From an uncultured Gemmatimonadales bacterium (lineage in GTDB: Bacteria > Gemmatimonadota > Gemmatimonadetes > Gemmatimonadales > GWC2-71-9), in contig CAWJIM010000001.1 of the NCBI GenBank assembly GCA_963842945.1, positions 64,001 through 128,000 on the forward strand: a stretch of 64,000 nucleotides of DNA, read 5' to 3'. This document shows positions 40,923 through 52,364 of the stretch, one piece after another; the stretch's first letter is position 1; the number at the start of each line of letters is the position of its first letter. The translations under genes and the position numbers were made by a program. The notes beneath the pieces were generated by a model, which did not search any database, was not told the DNA's origin, and saw only the letters and a program-made list of their open reading frames with translations.

Positions 40923-42190
40923 CGATCCACCACCCGGGCCATCATCTCAGCTTCGGCAACCACCTGGCCCTCGACATAGGCCATCCCTTTCATCCGGCAT
41001 GTCCGTCCCCGGTTCTGCAGCATCTCCAGCTCGCACCGCAGCTGGTCTCCGGGCAGCACCGGCCGGCGGAACTTCACGTTGTCGAGCGACATGAAGTAGA
41101 CCACTTTCTGATCGGGATCATCGATGGTGCCCAACAGCAGCATCCCTCCGACCTGCGCCATGGCCTCGATGATGAGCACTCCGGGCATGATCGGATGGCC
41201 GGGAAAGTGGCCCTGAAAGAAGGGCTCGTTGATGGTCACATTCTTGATGCCCACGATCCTCCTGGTACCCTCGACCTCGATGATCCGGTCTACCAGGAGA
41301 AACGGGTACCGGTGGGGAATGACGTCCAGAATTCTGCCGATGTCCATCACAACCCCTCCCACGCGTTGACCGGTGCGGGTGAGCCAGCGAGCCAGCGCAA
41401 TATTACCCTGATGGCTCGGCTTTGTGGCCACAATATGCCCCTCGATCCGTCCCCCGATCAGCGCCAGATCACCCAGAATGTCCCCAGCCTTATGGCGAAC
41501 GAACTCATCCGGCCAGCGCAGCGCTCCCCCCACCAGGCCGTCGTCCGAGAGCACCAGGGTTGACTCGAGAGCAGCACCCAGAGCCAATCCCCGGGCCCGG
41601 AGCGCCTCTGCCTCACGCAGAAAGCCGAAGGTTCGTGCCTCGGAAATTTCCTGAGCGAAGGCACCGGGAGTCATGTCGTACGAGCCGGTCTGCCGGCCGA
41701 TCAGCGGGTGATTCCACTCTATGGTCGTGGTAATCCGGAGCGATTTGGCGGGCGCCACCACGTACGACGAGTCACCTTCGGTCAAGTCGAAGGCGGTCGG
41801 GACCCGGTACACTACGGGATCGCCCGGCTGTTCCGCGATTCCGGCGTCGGCCAGCGCCTTGAGGTAGAGCGAGAAGGAGCCATCCCCGATGGGAGGTTCC
41901 GGGCCATCGAGCTCGATGGTGAGGTCATCCAACTGCAGCGCGGCCGCCGCCGCCAGCAGATGCTCGACGGTCTGTACGATGGTCTCTCCCTCTCCCAGCG
42001 CGGTGCGCCTCTCGGTGGACTGGACCATGCTCAGGCGGGCGGGAATGGTAGGATGGTCCGGCAGGTCGGTTCGCCGGAACACGATTCCCTGGCCGGCCGG
42101 ACCAGCCCGGCAAACCGCGGAAACATAGGAGCCGGTGTGAAGCCCGACTCCACTGACGCACGCGTCGTGCGCGAGTGTACGTCTAGGCAC
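40919..42190 (-). CDS. lpxC-fabZ: Bifunctional LpxC deacetylase / FabZ dehydratase
   Basis: [21 protein letters not shown] and RHKAGD, continuing in one frame into [10 protein letters not shown] and [23 protein letters not shown]. Confidence 0.96.
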   Translation of the reverse strand: MPRRTLAHDACVSGVGLHTGSYVSAVCRAGPAGQGIVFRRTDLPDHPTIPARLSMVQSTERRTALGEGETIVQTVEHLLAAAAALQLDDLTIELDGPEPPIGDGSFSLYLKALADAGIAEQPGDPVVYRVPTAFDLTEGDSSYVVAPAKSLRITTTIEWNHPLIGRQTGSYDMTPGAFAQEISEARTFGFLREAEALRARGLALGAALESTLVLSDDGLVGGALRWPDEFVRHKAGDILGDLALIGGRIEGHIVATKPSHQGNIALARWLTRTGQRVGGVVMDIGRILDVIPHRYPFLLVDRIIEVEGTRRIVGIKNVTINEPFFQGHFPGHPIMPGVLIIEAMAQVGGMLLLGTIDDPDQKVVYFMSLDNVKFRRPVLPGDQLRCELEMLQNRGRTCRMKGMAYVEGQVVAEAEMMARVVDR

Positions 42191-43217
42191 GGTGGCCTCG
42201 TTTGGGCGCCAGCTCCTCCAGCTCGTCCACGATCCGCGCCAGCCGGTACATCGCCGCCTGAGCTCGGAGAAATTGCCGGTGGGGGCGGGCCGGGTGACCG
42301 CTGAAGGAGGCGCCCGGCGGAACATCGCCGAAAATGGCGCTCTTGGCCGCGATCCTGGCCCGATCGCCGATGAGCAAATGATCGGTCACTCCAACGTGCC
42401 CGGCCAAAATCACATCGTTGCCCACCCGCGTACTGCCGGCAATGCCGACGCCGGCCATGACCAGGCACCGCTCGCCGATTTGTACGTTATGTCCTACCTG
42501 GACCAGATTGTCGAGCTTGGTGCCGCGGCCGATCACGGTATCGTCGATGCTCCCCCGATCGATACAGGTATTGGAGCCAACCTCTACGTCGTCCTCCAGG
42601 ACGCAACCACCGAGGTGAGGTATTCGGCTGTGCCCCTTGCCGTCGGACAGATAGCCAAACCCGTCGCCCCCGATTATCGCACCGGCTTTGAGCACCACCC
42701 GATGACCGATGCGGGTGCCGGCGTAGCACACCACCCCCGGGCCGAGCACGGCGTCATCACCTACCACGACGCCGTCGCCTACAGAGACATGCTCCGCCAG
42801 TCTGGTGCCCGCTCCAATCTGGACACCGCGCCCGATCACAACGTAGGGACCGATGGACACGGCTGCGCCGAGCCGGGTTCCGGAGCCGATCCGGGCGGAG
42901 GGATCGATGCCCGGGCCCAGCGTGCTCGGCGGAAACAGGGTCCCGATGACGCGGACCAGCGCCTTGTAGGGATCGGGTACGACGATGCGGGCGGGAGGGC
43001 CACTCGGGCCTGCGGCCAACTCTTCAGGGATCAGGACGGCCCCGGCCCGGGAGGTACTGAGATCGGTGGCGTATCGAGAGGAGACGGCGAAGGAAAGCGC
43101 CTCGGGACCAGCCCGGCTCAGCGGCCGGATCGAGTCGATTCGCACAGCCCCGTCACCAATCAGGCGGCCACCGACGAGATCGGCGACCGCCTGCGCGGTA
43201 AGGCCGCCAGCCGTCAC
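42183..43217 (-). CDS. lpxD: UDP-3-O-acyl-glucosamine N-acyltransferase
   Basis: Hexapeptide repeats, IGGDGFGY, NTCIDRG and KLDNLVQVGHNV. Confidence 0.97.
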   Translation of the reverse strand: MTAGGLTAQAVADLVGGRLIGDGAVRIDSIRPLSRAGPEALSFAVSSRYATDLSTSRAGAVLIPEELAAGPSGPPARIVVPDPYKALVRVIGTLFPPSTLGPGIDPSARIGSGTRLGAAVSIGPYVVIGRGVQIGAGTRLAEHVSVGDGVVVGDDAVLGPGVVCYAGTRIGHRVVLKAGAIIGGDGFGYLSDGKGHSRIPHLGGCVLEDDVEVGSNTCIDRGSIDDTVIGRGTKLDNLVQVGHNVQIGERCLVMAGVGIAGSTRVGNDVILAGHVGVTDHLLIGDRARIAAKSAIFGDVPPGASFSGHPARPHRQFLRAQAAMYRLARIVDELEELAPKRGHRA

Positions 43218-43221
43218 GCGA

Positions 43222-43761
43222 CTAGCTGCCCGCTTTGAGCTGCTGGATGACGCGCTGAGTCAAATCCAGCGATTTATCCGCGGTGACGATCCCGTTGTTG
43301 GGCGCGCTGACGTCGAAAATTATGGCGTAGTTCCCCGCCGCACGCACGCCCTCGATCACACTATTGACCTTGGTCTGAATCGGATCGAGCAGTTCCCGCT
43401 CTCGGGTGGCGGCCTTCTGCTGCAGCTCCTGAGTGCGCTGCTCCAGCTTCTGCTGCTGGGCCTGGAGGTCTTTCCGCTTGGCGGCTCGCTGGGTGGGACT
43501 GAGCATGACCGATTGCTGATCAAAGTCGGAGGCGGCAGAGTCCAGGCTGGCCTGGAGCTTCTGCACTTCAACCCGGTAAGTCGCCAGCTCTTTGGTAAAG
43601 GTCGATTCGGCTTTGACGTATCCGGGGGTCTGTTTCAGGATCGCCTGGGTATTGACGTAGGCAATCTTGGGGTTCCCGGCCTGCTGAGCAGCGAGCGACC
43701 CGGTTCCCGCCACCGACAACGCGGCCAACCCCAGCCAGACTCCAACGACGACAAGCTTCAT
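43222..43761 (-). CDS. skp: OmpH/Skp periplasmic chaperone
   Basis: Signal peptide, KIAYVN, long coiled coil, DLTQRVI; lies between bamA and lpxD. Confidence 0.92.
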   Translation of the reverse strand: MKLVVVGVWLGLAALSVAGTGSLAAQQAGNPKIAYVNTQAILKQTPGYVKAESTFTKELATYRVEVQKLQASLDSAASDFDQQSVMLSPTQRAAKRKDLQAQQQKLEQRTQELQQKAATRERELLDPIQTKVNSVIEGVRAAGNYAIIFDVSAPNNGIVTADKSLDLTQRVIQQLKAGS

Positions 43762-43791
43762 GCTTCACTCCCGATGAAAGGTGCGTACGAC

Positions 43792-46180
43792 TTAGAAGAA
43801 GTTCCCCAGCTTGAAATGGAGCTGCCACCCCGGGTTGGGACGGCCAGTGATGTCGACCTTGTCGAAGCCGTAGGCCAGATCTACCCCGATCGGCCCCAGG
43901 GGTGAGATTACTGCCGCTCCGAAGCCCCCACCCCGGAACAGTCTGGTCGGATCCCACTGGCGGGCAGAGCGGTAGACGTTACCGGCGTCGAAGAAGGTAC
44001 TCAGATAGAGCGACTGACTGATCCGTGCCCCGGCCTCCACCGTGAACGCGGCGTAGGACTCTCCGAAGGATCGTGAGCTCGCGGCCGTCCCGCCCCCAGC
44101 GCTCGGGATCGAAGCCACTCGGGGTGATGGAGAACTCATCGTAGCCCCGCAGCGGAATCCCGTACTGCACGCCTCCCAAGGCGTACAGGTCCTGATAGAA
44201 GGGCCCGGCATCGCCAAACACAAACCCCGATTTTGCGGTCAATCCGAGCACGAACTGCACTCCGGCGCCGAGCTGACCGCCGCCTCCCATGCTGCCCAGC
44301 GGTGCATACCAGCGTCCCTCCAGATCTATTTTCTGGAAGTCGCCGGTGCCGCCGAGGAATCCGCCGGTAAGCTCTCCGGCGGCGGTGGTCATGATTCCGC
44401 CGGTGGCGAAAGGAAGACCAACCCGGGTGTCCCGGACCAAGCTGGCACCCAAGCTGGATTTGGTGCACCCCACGGGACAACGGAACTGCTGCTGGATATC
44501 GGCAGAGCCACCCTCATACCGGATGTCCTGCAGCGAGTATGAGGTGAACAGGCGGGTGTAGCGAGAGCCCATGAAGGGGAAGCCCAGCTGGAAGCTCCCG
44601 CCCGTCTGCTTCCGCCGGCCCAGCTCTCCGACAGTGTAACGCGCCCGGGAATCGAAGAGCGAGAGGGTTCCCGAGATCCGGCTTTCCCGAATGGCCGGAT
44701 CGGTGTAGCTCAGAGTGAAGTCGTTGATGTTCTTGCCGAACTGCCATTGAAGCTTGCCCCGTTTCCCCCGCCCGAACAGGTTCGGCTCCTCCAGACCCAG
44801 GAAGCCGCCCACTCCGGTGCCCTGTCCCAATGAGGCGCCAAAGTTGATGTTCCCAGTGCGGCGCTCTTCGACGCGGAAGATGATATCAACGTCGGCACCG
44901 TTGGCGGACGGCTTTACGTCCGGCGGGGGCATCGGCTGCTGAAAGAACCCGAGGTTCGCCACGTTCTGGTAGGAACGGACCAGCCGATCCTGGCTGAAGA
45001 GATCTCCCGGCAGCATGACGATCGCTTCGCGAATAACCCGCTCGTGGGTGACATCGTTGCCGACGATCTCGATCTTGTTGATCGTGGCCGGCGCTCCTTC
45101 CCTGATGTTCCAGCGCAGGTCCACCAGCGGAAGTCCTTTGGGACCGGTGCGCCGAATCTCCTCCGGCTGCACCTGAGCGTAGATGTAACCGTTATTGGCG
45201 TAGAGCTTCTGGATCTTGTCGGTGGCTTCGGTCCACTGGGTCTGGCTGAACGGCCGGGAGCCGGTTACCGGAGCACCGGTTGGCCCCACAGGCCCGAACG
45301 GATAGAACGCCCGCAGTTCCTCGGTCGAGAAGCGGCGATTTCCCTCGATATCAAAGGTCCCCACCCGGTAATACTCACCCTCGTCCACCGTCAGATGCAG
45401 GATGGCCTTGCCTCCGGTGGAGTCCGAGATCAGAGAGTCCTCGGTGACCTGGAAGTCGACGTAGCCGTGGTCCGCATACCAGTTGGGTAACCGTTCGCGC
45501 ACATCCTGCTCCACGGTGCGCTCATCGTACTCGCCCTTCTGGAACCACCAGAACCCTTCCGGGTGGCTGGCCATGTGCTTGATCAGGGCCTGGTCGCTGA
45601 AGTGCTTGTTGCCCTCCACCACCACCTGGCTGATGGCCACCCGTCTGCCCTCGGTAACGTCAAAGACGACCCGGGCCCGGCCCGGCTGCGGGGTCACCTG
45701 CACGACCTTGATCCGGGAGGCGTAATAGCCCTGATGCTTATACAGGGAATCGATGGCCGCGCGCGCCTGCTCCACCGCATTCCGGTCGAGCGGACGGCCT
45801 TCGGTCAGATGGACTCGACCTTTGACCTCGCCCTCGCCCACCCGATTGACGCCCCGCACCGTCCACTTCTCCAGCACCGGGCGTTCCTTGACCCGCAGCA
45901 CCAGCACCAGGTGCTGTCCCTGGTTCCGCTGCTCTACCAGGACGTCGTCGAACTGGCCGGTCTGGAATAGCGCGGTGATGGCCCGCTGGATGTCGCGGTA
46001 GTTGATGGGCTGGTGAACGATGATGCCCGAGCTGCCGATGATCTGGGAGGGAGTGAGGCGCTGGTTGCCCTCGACTGCGATACTGTCAACCGCCGGCGGG
46101 CCGGGCTCCTGAGCCGCCAGAACCGCCTGCCCTCCGCAGGGGAGTGAACAGGCGGCAAGAATCCAGAGAATACGACGCAT
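43792..46180 (-). CDS. bamA: Outer membrane protein assembly factor BamA (indel near 44100)
   Basis: POTRA repeats, GNDVTHERVIRE, NLFGRG, LRGYD lid motif, SPLGPI and terminal Phe (GNFF). Confidence 0.96.
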
Positions 46181-46200
46181 CAGCACGGGGCGGAGGGTAA

Positions 46201-46233
46201 GCGCGGCGGGCCTCCACCGGAAGCCCGCCGCGC
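46201..46233. repeat. GC-rich inverted repeat between the clpC stop and bamA start
   Basis: GCGCGGCGGGC ... GCCCGCCGCGC perfect 11-bp stem with no real U tract (stabiliser or weak terminator). Confidence 0.55.
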
Positions 46234-46237
46234 GGCA

Positions 46238-48709
46238 CTAGGCCTGGGTACCGGTCAGCGCCCGGAAGACCAGCCGTTCGCCGTCCGGCGAAACATCTAC
46301 TTCGATCTCGTCTCCCCGGCCGAAGTCGCCCAGCAGGATCTTCTCGCTGAGCGGATCCTCGATGTAGCGCTGAATGGAACGCTTCAGCGGGCGGGCTCCG
46401 TAGTTCTGGTCGTAGCCGTGCTCCACCAGGAACTCGGTGGCCGCGGGTGTGAGCTTGACCTCGTCGCCCAGACGCCGCTGCACTTCGCGGAGCAGGATGG
46501 TCACGATCTGTGCGATGTGATCCTTGTCCAGCGGGTGGAAGACAATGACGTCGTCCAGTCGATTCAGGAACTCCGGGTTGAAGACCTTGTTCATCTCCTC
46601 CTTGACCGTGTCCTGCATCTTCTCGAAGCTCCGGCGCTGATCGCCCCCGTGGAATCCGAGCGTTTTGCCCTGCATGATGTCGCGGGCGCCGACGTTGGAG
46701 GTCATGATCACCACGGTGTTCTTGAAGTCGATCACCCGGCCATAGTTGTCGGTGAGATGTCCCTCATCGAGCACCTGGAGCAGGATGTTGAACACATCGG
46801 GGTGCGCCTTTTCAATCTCGTCCAGCAACACCACCGAGTAGGGCTTCCGCCGTACTGCCTTGGTGAGAGTGCCGGAATCTTCGTAGCCGACGTAACCCGG
46901 AGGCGCACCGATCAGGCGCGAGACCGAGAACTTCTCCATGTACTCCGACATGTCCACCCGAATGAGAGCGGAGGCGTCGGCGAAGAGAAACCTGGCCAGG
47001 GCCCGGGCCAGCTCGGTCTTTCCCACCCCGGTCGGGCCGGAGAAGATGAACGAACCGATGGGCCGGTCGGGATCCTTGAGCCCTGCCCGGGAACGGCGGA
47101 TAGCCCGGGACACGGCCTTGATTGCCTCGTCCTGGCCCACCACGGATCCGTGCAGCTCGTCTTCCATCCGCATGAGCCGAGCGGTCTCGGCCTCCTGCAG
47201 CCGGGTGACGGGAATACCGGTCCAGCGTGACACGATGAAGGCGATTGCCTCCTCGTCGATCACCGGCCGCTTGGTTTGGCGTTCGCGCTCCCACTCCTCG
47301 TTCTTGAGCCGGATCTGATTCTGCAGATCGCGCTCCTGGTCGCGCAGGGAGGCGGCCCGCTCGAAGTTCTGATCCCGAACGGCGTCTTCCTTCTGCACAT
47401 TGACCTTTTCCAGCGCCGTCTTCAGCTCCGCCACCTCGGCCGGCGGAACCTGCGACGCGAGCCGCGCCCGAGCTCCAGCCTCATCGATGACGTCGATAGC
47501 CTTATCGGGCAGGAACCGGTCGGTGATGTAACGCTCGGAAAGCTCCGCCGCCGCGCTCAGCGTGGCGTCGGGGATGCTGATCCGATGATGGTCCTCGTAC
47601 TTCTTCCGCAGCCCCTTGAGGATCTCGACCGTCTCTCCCACAGTGGGTGGTTCGACCACCACAGTCTGGAAGCGGCGCTCCAGCGCACCGTCCTTCTCGA
47701 TGTACTTGCGATACTCGTTGAGGGTCGAGGCGCCTACGCACTGCAGCTCACCCCGGGCCAGAGCCGGCTTCAGCATGTTCGAGGCGTCGATGGCACCCTC
47801 CGCGGCGCCCGCGCCGACGAGCGTGTGCAGCTCGTCGATGAACAGGATGATCTGCTTGTTCTGGGCGATCTCGTTCATGACGGCCTTGAGCCGCTCCTCG
47901 AACTGACCGCGATACTTGGTGCCCGCTATCACGGCGGCCATGTCGAGCGACAGGACCCGGTGATCCCGCAGCACGTCGGGACAGAGTCCATTGGCGATCA
48001 GTAGCGCCAGGCCTTCCACGATGGCGGTCTTGCCCACGCCGGGCTCGCCGATCAGGACCGGGTTGTTCTTCTTGCGCCGGGCCAGGATCTCCATGACCCG
48101 CTCAATCTCCTTGGCCCGCCCGATGGTCGGGTCGAGCTGGCCTTCAGCGGCGAGCTGGGTGAGATCGCGGCAGAAGTGATCCAGCGCCGGGGTCTTCGAC
48201 TTCTTCTCCGACTTGGGGGTCGAGCTCGGCTGGCTGCTGCTCCCGCCGGCAGATGCCTGAGGCATGTCGCTGCCCAGGAGCCGCAACGTTTCAGCCCGCG
48301 ACTGCTCGAGGTTCACACCGGCGTCGGTCAGGACCTGCGCCGCGATGCCTTTCTCCTCCCGCAGCAGACCCAGCAGCAGGTGCTCGGTCCCCACGTAGGA
48401 GTGATTCAGCTCACGGGCTTCGGTCATCGCCAGCTCGAGCACCTTCTTGGCTCGAGAGGTATACGGCAGGTCGGGACCGGCGGCCGCGGCCGCTTTGCCC
48501 TTCTTTACCGTCTCCTCGATCTTCTGCTGGATGTCTTCCAGATCGACGTTCAGGTTAGTGAGGACTGCCGCCGCCACCCCCTCGCCCTCACGGATGAGGC
48601 CAAGGAGGATGTGCTCCGTCCCCACGTATTCGTGATGCAGGCGCGCCGCTTCCTCGCGAGCCATCTGCAGGACTTTTCGGACACGGTCGGTAAAGTTGTA
48701 TCCGTTCAT
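46238..48709 (-). CDS. clpC: ATP-dependent Clp protease ATPase subunit ClpC
   Basis: Double Clp-N repeats (FTDR..GTEH, YTSR..GTEH), two AAA+ domains, UVR middle domain and LGF ClpP-docking loop. Confidence 0.98.
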   Translation of the reverse strand: MNGYNFTDRVRKVLQMAREEAARLHHEYVGTEHILLGLIREGEGVAAAVLTNLNVDLEDIQQKIEETVKKGKAAAAAGPDLPYTSRAKKVLELAMTEARELNHSYVGTEHLLLGLLREEKGIAAQVLTDAGVNLEQSRAETLRLLGSDMPQASAGGSSSQPSSTPKSEKKSKTPALDHFCRDLTQLAAEGQLDPTIGRAKEIERVMEILARRKKNNPVLIGEPGVGKTAIVEGLALLIANGLCPDVLRDHRVLSLDMAAVIAGTKYRGQFEERLKAVMNEIAQNKQIILFIDELHTLVGAGAAEGAIDASNMLKPALARGELQCVGASTLNEYRKYIEKDGALERRFQTVVVEPPTVGETVEILKGLRKKYEDHHRISIPDATLSAAAELSERYITDRFLPDKAIDVIDEAGARARLASQVPPAEVAELKTALEKVNVQKEDAVRDQNFERAASLRDQERDLQNQIRLKNEEWERERQTKRPVIDEEAIAFIVSRWTGIPVTRLQEAETARLMRMEDELHGSVVGQDEAIKAVSRAIRRSRAGLKDPDRPIGSFIFSGPTGVGKTELARALARFLFADASALIRVDMSEYMEKFSVSRLIGAPPGYVGYEDSGTLTKAVRRKPYSVVLLDEIEKAHPDVFNILLQVLDEGHLTDNYGRVIDFKNTVVIMTSNVGARDIMQGKTLGFHGGDQRRSFEKMQDTVKEEMNKVFNPEFLNRLDDVIVFHPLDKDHIAQIVTILLREVQRRLGDEVKLTPAATEFLVEHGYDQNYGARPLKRSIQRYIEDPLSEKILLGDFGRGDEIEVDVSPDGERLVFRALTGTQA

Positions 48710-48749
48710 CTCGGTACCCTACGTAGCTCCGAAGGTCTGCCGTTGCGGC

Positions 48750-49832
48750 TCATCCGCGACGTCCCACTTCGGATTCCAACACTTTGCGCACGAACTGTGC
48801 CCGCCGCACCGGCAGCTCCGGATCGTTGGGAGCCACCCCTTCTGCCACCGCCAAATGCGCCGGTTGGGTGTACACCAACAACTTGTTAAGCGTATACATG
48901 CCGACGTCGGGAATGAGGCTGACTCCCACGCCCAGGCGCACGCCGCTCAACAGGTTCATGGCCTCTTCGAACGACAGGGCTCGTGCATAACGAAGGAGGC
49001 CATAGGCACGCCAGACCTTGTCCTCGATGATCGCAGGAGCGTCCCGCAACAGCACCTGCCGGGCCTGCTCTTCATAGTCCATGACCTGCCGGACCATCTT
49101 GCCCAGATGGTCGAGCAACTCATACTCGGAACTACCGAGCGTGGTCTGGTTGGACAGTTGGAAGAAGTTGCCGACGACCTCGCTGCCCTCTCCGTACAGG
49201 CCGCGAAAAGTCAGTCCAACCTGAGCCAGGCCCTGTAGAACCTTGGAGATTTCCTTGGTCAACACCAGGCCGGGCAGATGAATCAACACCGAGGCCCGAA
49301 GTCCGGTGCCGACGTTGGTCGGACAGGAGGTAAGGTAACCAAACTCAGAATGGAATGCGAATGCAAGTCGTTGTCCCAGTTCGGCGTCCAGCCGATCTAC
49401 CTCGGCGTATGCCGCGTCCAGCGCAAAGCCGGAATGAAGACCCTGAAGCCGCAGGTGATCTTCCTCGTTGAGCATCACACCCAGCCGGTCCTGCACCAGC
49501 ACCGAGGCCCCGGAGCGCACCCGCCCGTCGGCGTCCAGTCCGGCTAACTCCTTACTCACCAAGTGGCGTTCGTGCAGCAGCTGGCGGTCAGTCCGTTCCA
49601 GCCGGTCGAGCCGGAACTTGATTGCGCGCCGCAGCAACACGGTGTCGCGGGCCGCGGCCTCGACCGTCTGGAGAATATCTTCTCGCTCCGTCTCCGAATT
49701 GCGTCCCTGGAAGACGCGGCCGGCCAGATTGCGAGCCAGCCGGATCCGGGTCGAGAGCACGAGATGACTCGAGGGCCCGCTGGCGTCGAGCCATCCGACC
49801 CCGCCGTCTGTCAGCAGGCTGAGATCGATCAT
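48750..49832 (-). CDS. mcsB: Protein arginine kinase
   Basis: STRIRLARN, ERHLVS, NEEDHLR, GYLTSCPTNVGTGLRAS and RGLYGEGS..GN.FQLSNQ.TLG. Confidence 0.97.
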   Translation of the reverse strand: MIDLSLLTDGGVGWLDASGPSSHLVLSTRIRLARNLAGRVFQGRNSETEREDILQTVEAAARDTVLLRRAIKFRLDRLERTDRQLLHERHLVSKELAGLDADGRVRSGASVLVQDRLGVMLNEEDHLRLQGLHSGFALDAAYAEVDRLDAELGQRLAFAFHSEFGYLTSCPTNVGTGLRASVLIHLPGLVLTKEISKVLQGLAQVGLTFRGLYGEGSEVVGNFFQLSNQTTLGSSEYELLDHLGKMVRQVMDYEEQARQVLLRDAPAIIEDKVWRAYGLLRYARALSFEEAMNLLSGVRLGVGVSLIPDVGMYTLNKLLVYTQPAHLAVAEGVAPNDPELPVRRAQFVRKVLESEVGRRG

Positions 49833-50326
49833 TCCAGCACCCGAAGCCGGTCCCGAAGCTCGGCGGCAAGCTCGAAGTTTTCGGTTTCAACGGCGAGCCG
49901 CAGCTGCTCCCGCAGCTCCACGGCCTGGTGTCGCTCCTCGGGCGGGGCAGTCTCACGATCGCTGTAGCGCTCACCCATGTGGTGGGTAGAGCCATGGAGG
50001 CGGCGCAGCAGATCCCGCAGCGGCACCTCGAAGGAGCGATAGCAGTCCGGGCACCCCAGGCGGCCGCTCTCCCGGAAATCCTGGAGCGAGCCACCGCAGC
50101 GGGAGCAGCTCTCCCCCGTCCGCGGAGTCGTCGGCGTCTGTTCCGGCAGCTCCTGCCCCATGGCCGCGAGGAACGTCCCCAGTGGCGTCTTCGGCTGCGA
50201 GCCGGGGCTCTCCACGCCCTTTTCCGCAGCGCACCGCTCGCACAGGTGCAGCGTCGTGACCTGTTCGTTCACGATTTGGGTCAGGTGAATGACCGCCTCA
50301 CGTTCACGACACTGCTCACAGGACAT
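49829..50326 (-). CDS. mcsA: McsB activator (four CxxC + UVR)
   Basis: CEQC, CERC, CSRC, GRLGCPDCY and ENFELAAELRD. Confidence 0.95.
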   Translation of the reverse strand: MSCEQCREREAVIHLTQIVNEQVTTLHLCERCAAEKGVESPGSQPKTPLGTFLAAMGQELPEQTPTTPRTGESCSRCGGSLQDFRESGRLGCPDCYRSFEVPLRDLLRRLHGSTHHMGERYSDRETAPPEERHQAVELREQLRLAVETENFELAAELRDRLRVLE

Positions 50327-51027
50327 CAGGGCATGAACTCCACGCTGGAGAGCGGAACCAGACGTCCCCCATCGAGCGAGAGGACCCGGTCGGCCCGGCC
50401 CGCCAGCGCTCGATTATGGGTCACCACCACCAACGCGGTCTCGAACTCCCGCGACAGGTGGGCAAACAACTGGTGAAGACGCTCGCTGTTGGTGTAGTCC
50501 AGGTTGCCCGAAGGCTCGTCGGCCAACACCACGAGCGGGTCCGCCACCAGAGCCCGCGCCACGGCCGCCCGTTGCTGCTCTCCACCGGAGAGCTGAGACG
50601 GCCGGTGCGACATGCGGCCGGCCAACCCCACCGCGGCCAGCAACTCCTCCGCCCGGCTCCGGGCCTTGGCATCGTCCTCGCCCGCGATCAGGAGGGGCAT
50701 CATCACGTTCTCCAGGGCGGTAAACTCCCGGAGCAGGTGATGGAACTGAAACACAAAACCGAGCTTCTTGTTCCGCACCGCGGCCAGAGCTTCCGCGGTA
50801 TGGTCGTCGTAGGACTGACCTGCCAGCCGTACGGTTCCGCCGGAAGGACTGTCCAAGGCGCCCAGCAGATGGAGTAGCGTACTCTTCCCCGATCCGCTGG
50901 ACCCGACGATGGCCACGAACTCTCCCCGGTCGACGCTCAGATCGATGCCCGCCAGCACCTCGATCGGGTTGCCATCCCCGCCCCGGTACACCTTGCGCAG
51001 TCCCTGGGCCTCGAGCATTGCCGTCAT
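50326..51027 (-). CDS. lolD: Lipoprotein-releasing ABC transporter ATPase
   Basis: GSSGSGKS, GFVFQFHHLL.EF, LSGGEQQR and ADEPSGNLD. Confidence 0.92.
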   Translation of the reverse strand: MTAMLEAQGLRKVYRGGDGNPIEVLAGIDLSVDRGEFVAIVGSSGSGKSTLLHLLGALDSPSGGTVRLAGQSYDDHTAEALAAVRNKKLGFVFQFHHLLREFTALENVMMPLLIAGEDDAKARSRAEELLAAVGLAGRMSHRPSQLSGGEQQRAAVARALVADPLVVLADEPSGNLDYTNSERLHQLFAHLSREFETALVVVTHNRALAGRADRVLSLDGGRLVPLSSVEFMP

Positions 51028-52364
51028 TCGTGGCGGATGGCCTCAACTGGAGTGAGGGCCGCAGCGGAGCGCGAGGGATACACAGTGGCAAAGAGGGCGA
51101 TGGCCAGACTGGCAAGCACCACGACCGCTACGTCCTTCAGCTCGATGTGCACTGGAAGGTGGTCAATGAAGTATATCGCGGGATTGATCCGGACCCAGCC
51201 CGACTTGTCGACCACATAGGAGACCGACAGCCCCAGGCACCAGCCCAATGGCGGTACCCACCACGCCGATCACCGCGCCCTGCACCAGAAACACCCGGGC
51301 CACCGCGGGTGCGGTGAGACCCATGGCGCGGAGAATTCCGATCTCGCGGGTCTTGTCGGTTACTACCATGGTAAGGGTTCCGACGATATTGAAGGCTGCC
51401 ACCACCATGATAAAAAAGATAATCAGCCCCATTGCGAGCTTCTCCAGCTGCAACGCGCTGAAGAGACCCGAGTTTTGGGTCTGCCAATCGAGCGTGCGAT
51501 AGGGGTAGCCGAGTTGCCGCGCCAGGACCTCTCCAATCTGGGGCGCGCGGTTGGGATCGTTCACCCGCACCGCAATTCCGGACACCGCATTGCCCAGGCC
51601 GGTAAAGCGCTGGGCCAGGGCCAGCGGCATGACCACAAACTGGTTGTCGTACTGAAACATTCCCGTGTCGAAGAGACCCGTAACCTCGAACTTCCAAAAT
51701 CGAGGCACAGCTACGCCTAAAGCCGGGTTGACCTTGGCCTGGGTAACCGGGACCAGGGTCACCACGTCTCCGGGATACACCGAGAGTCGGGAGGCGAGAC
51801 GCGATCCCAGCAGGATCCCGCCATCGACGCCGGGCTTGGTGGTCTTGAAGGACAGATCGCCCTTGGTGACCGACTGCGGGAGCGAGGTGACCGATCGGCG
51901 CCCGGTATCGGGATCGAAGCCGAGAAGATTCACGCCCTCGCCGTAATCCTGCCCGCGGTGATCCCTGCCTGACTGATTACCTCGGGACTGGCCGCAACCA
52001 CGCCCGGCTGTCGGCGCACACGCTGGAGCACCGATTGCCAATCATCCAGCCGAAGCCCCGAGCCGTAGGTGAGAACCCGGAGATGCGGATTGGCCACCAG
52101 TATCCGCTCCCTCAGGTCATCGCGTAGACCATTCATCACCCCCAGGACCACGATGAGCGCGGTGACTCCGACCGCCACCCCCCCGGTCGAGATGACCGTG
52201 TTGAGCGATGCCGTTCGGGAGTTTCGCCGGCTCCGCAGATACCGCCGGGCGATCCGCCACTCCAGCTTCGACGGCCAACGAAGACCAGCCAGCGCTTGCC
52301 GGACGGCCACACTCAATCGAGACAGCTTCCCCGCTGCCCCGCTGCCCTGCGGCCCTCCCGTCAT
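51024..52364 (-). CDS. lolE: Lipoprotein-releasing ABC transporter permease LolC/E (indels)
   Basis: [46 protein letters not shown] and YP...AA...PVEAIR. Confidence 0.9.
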
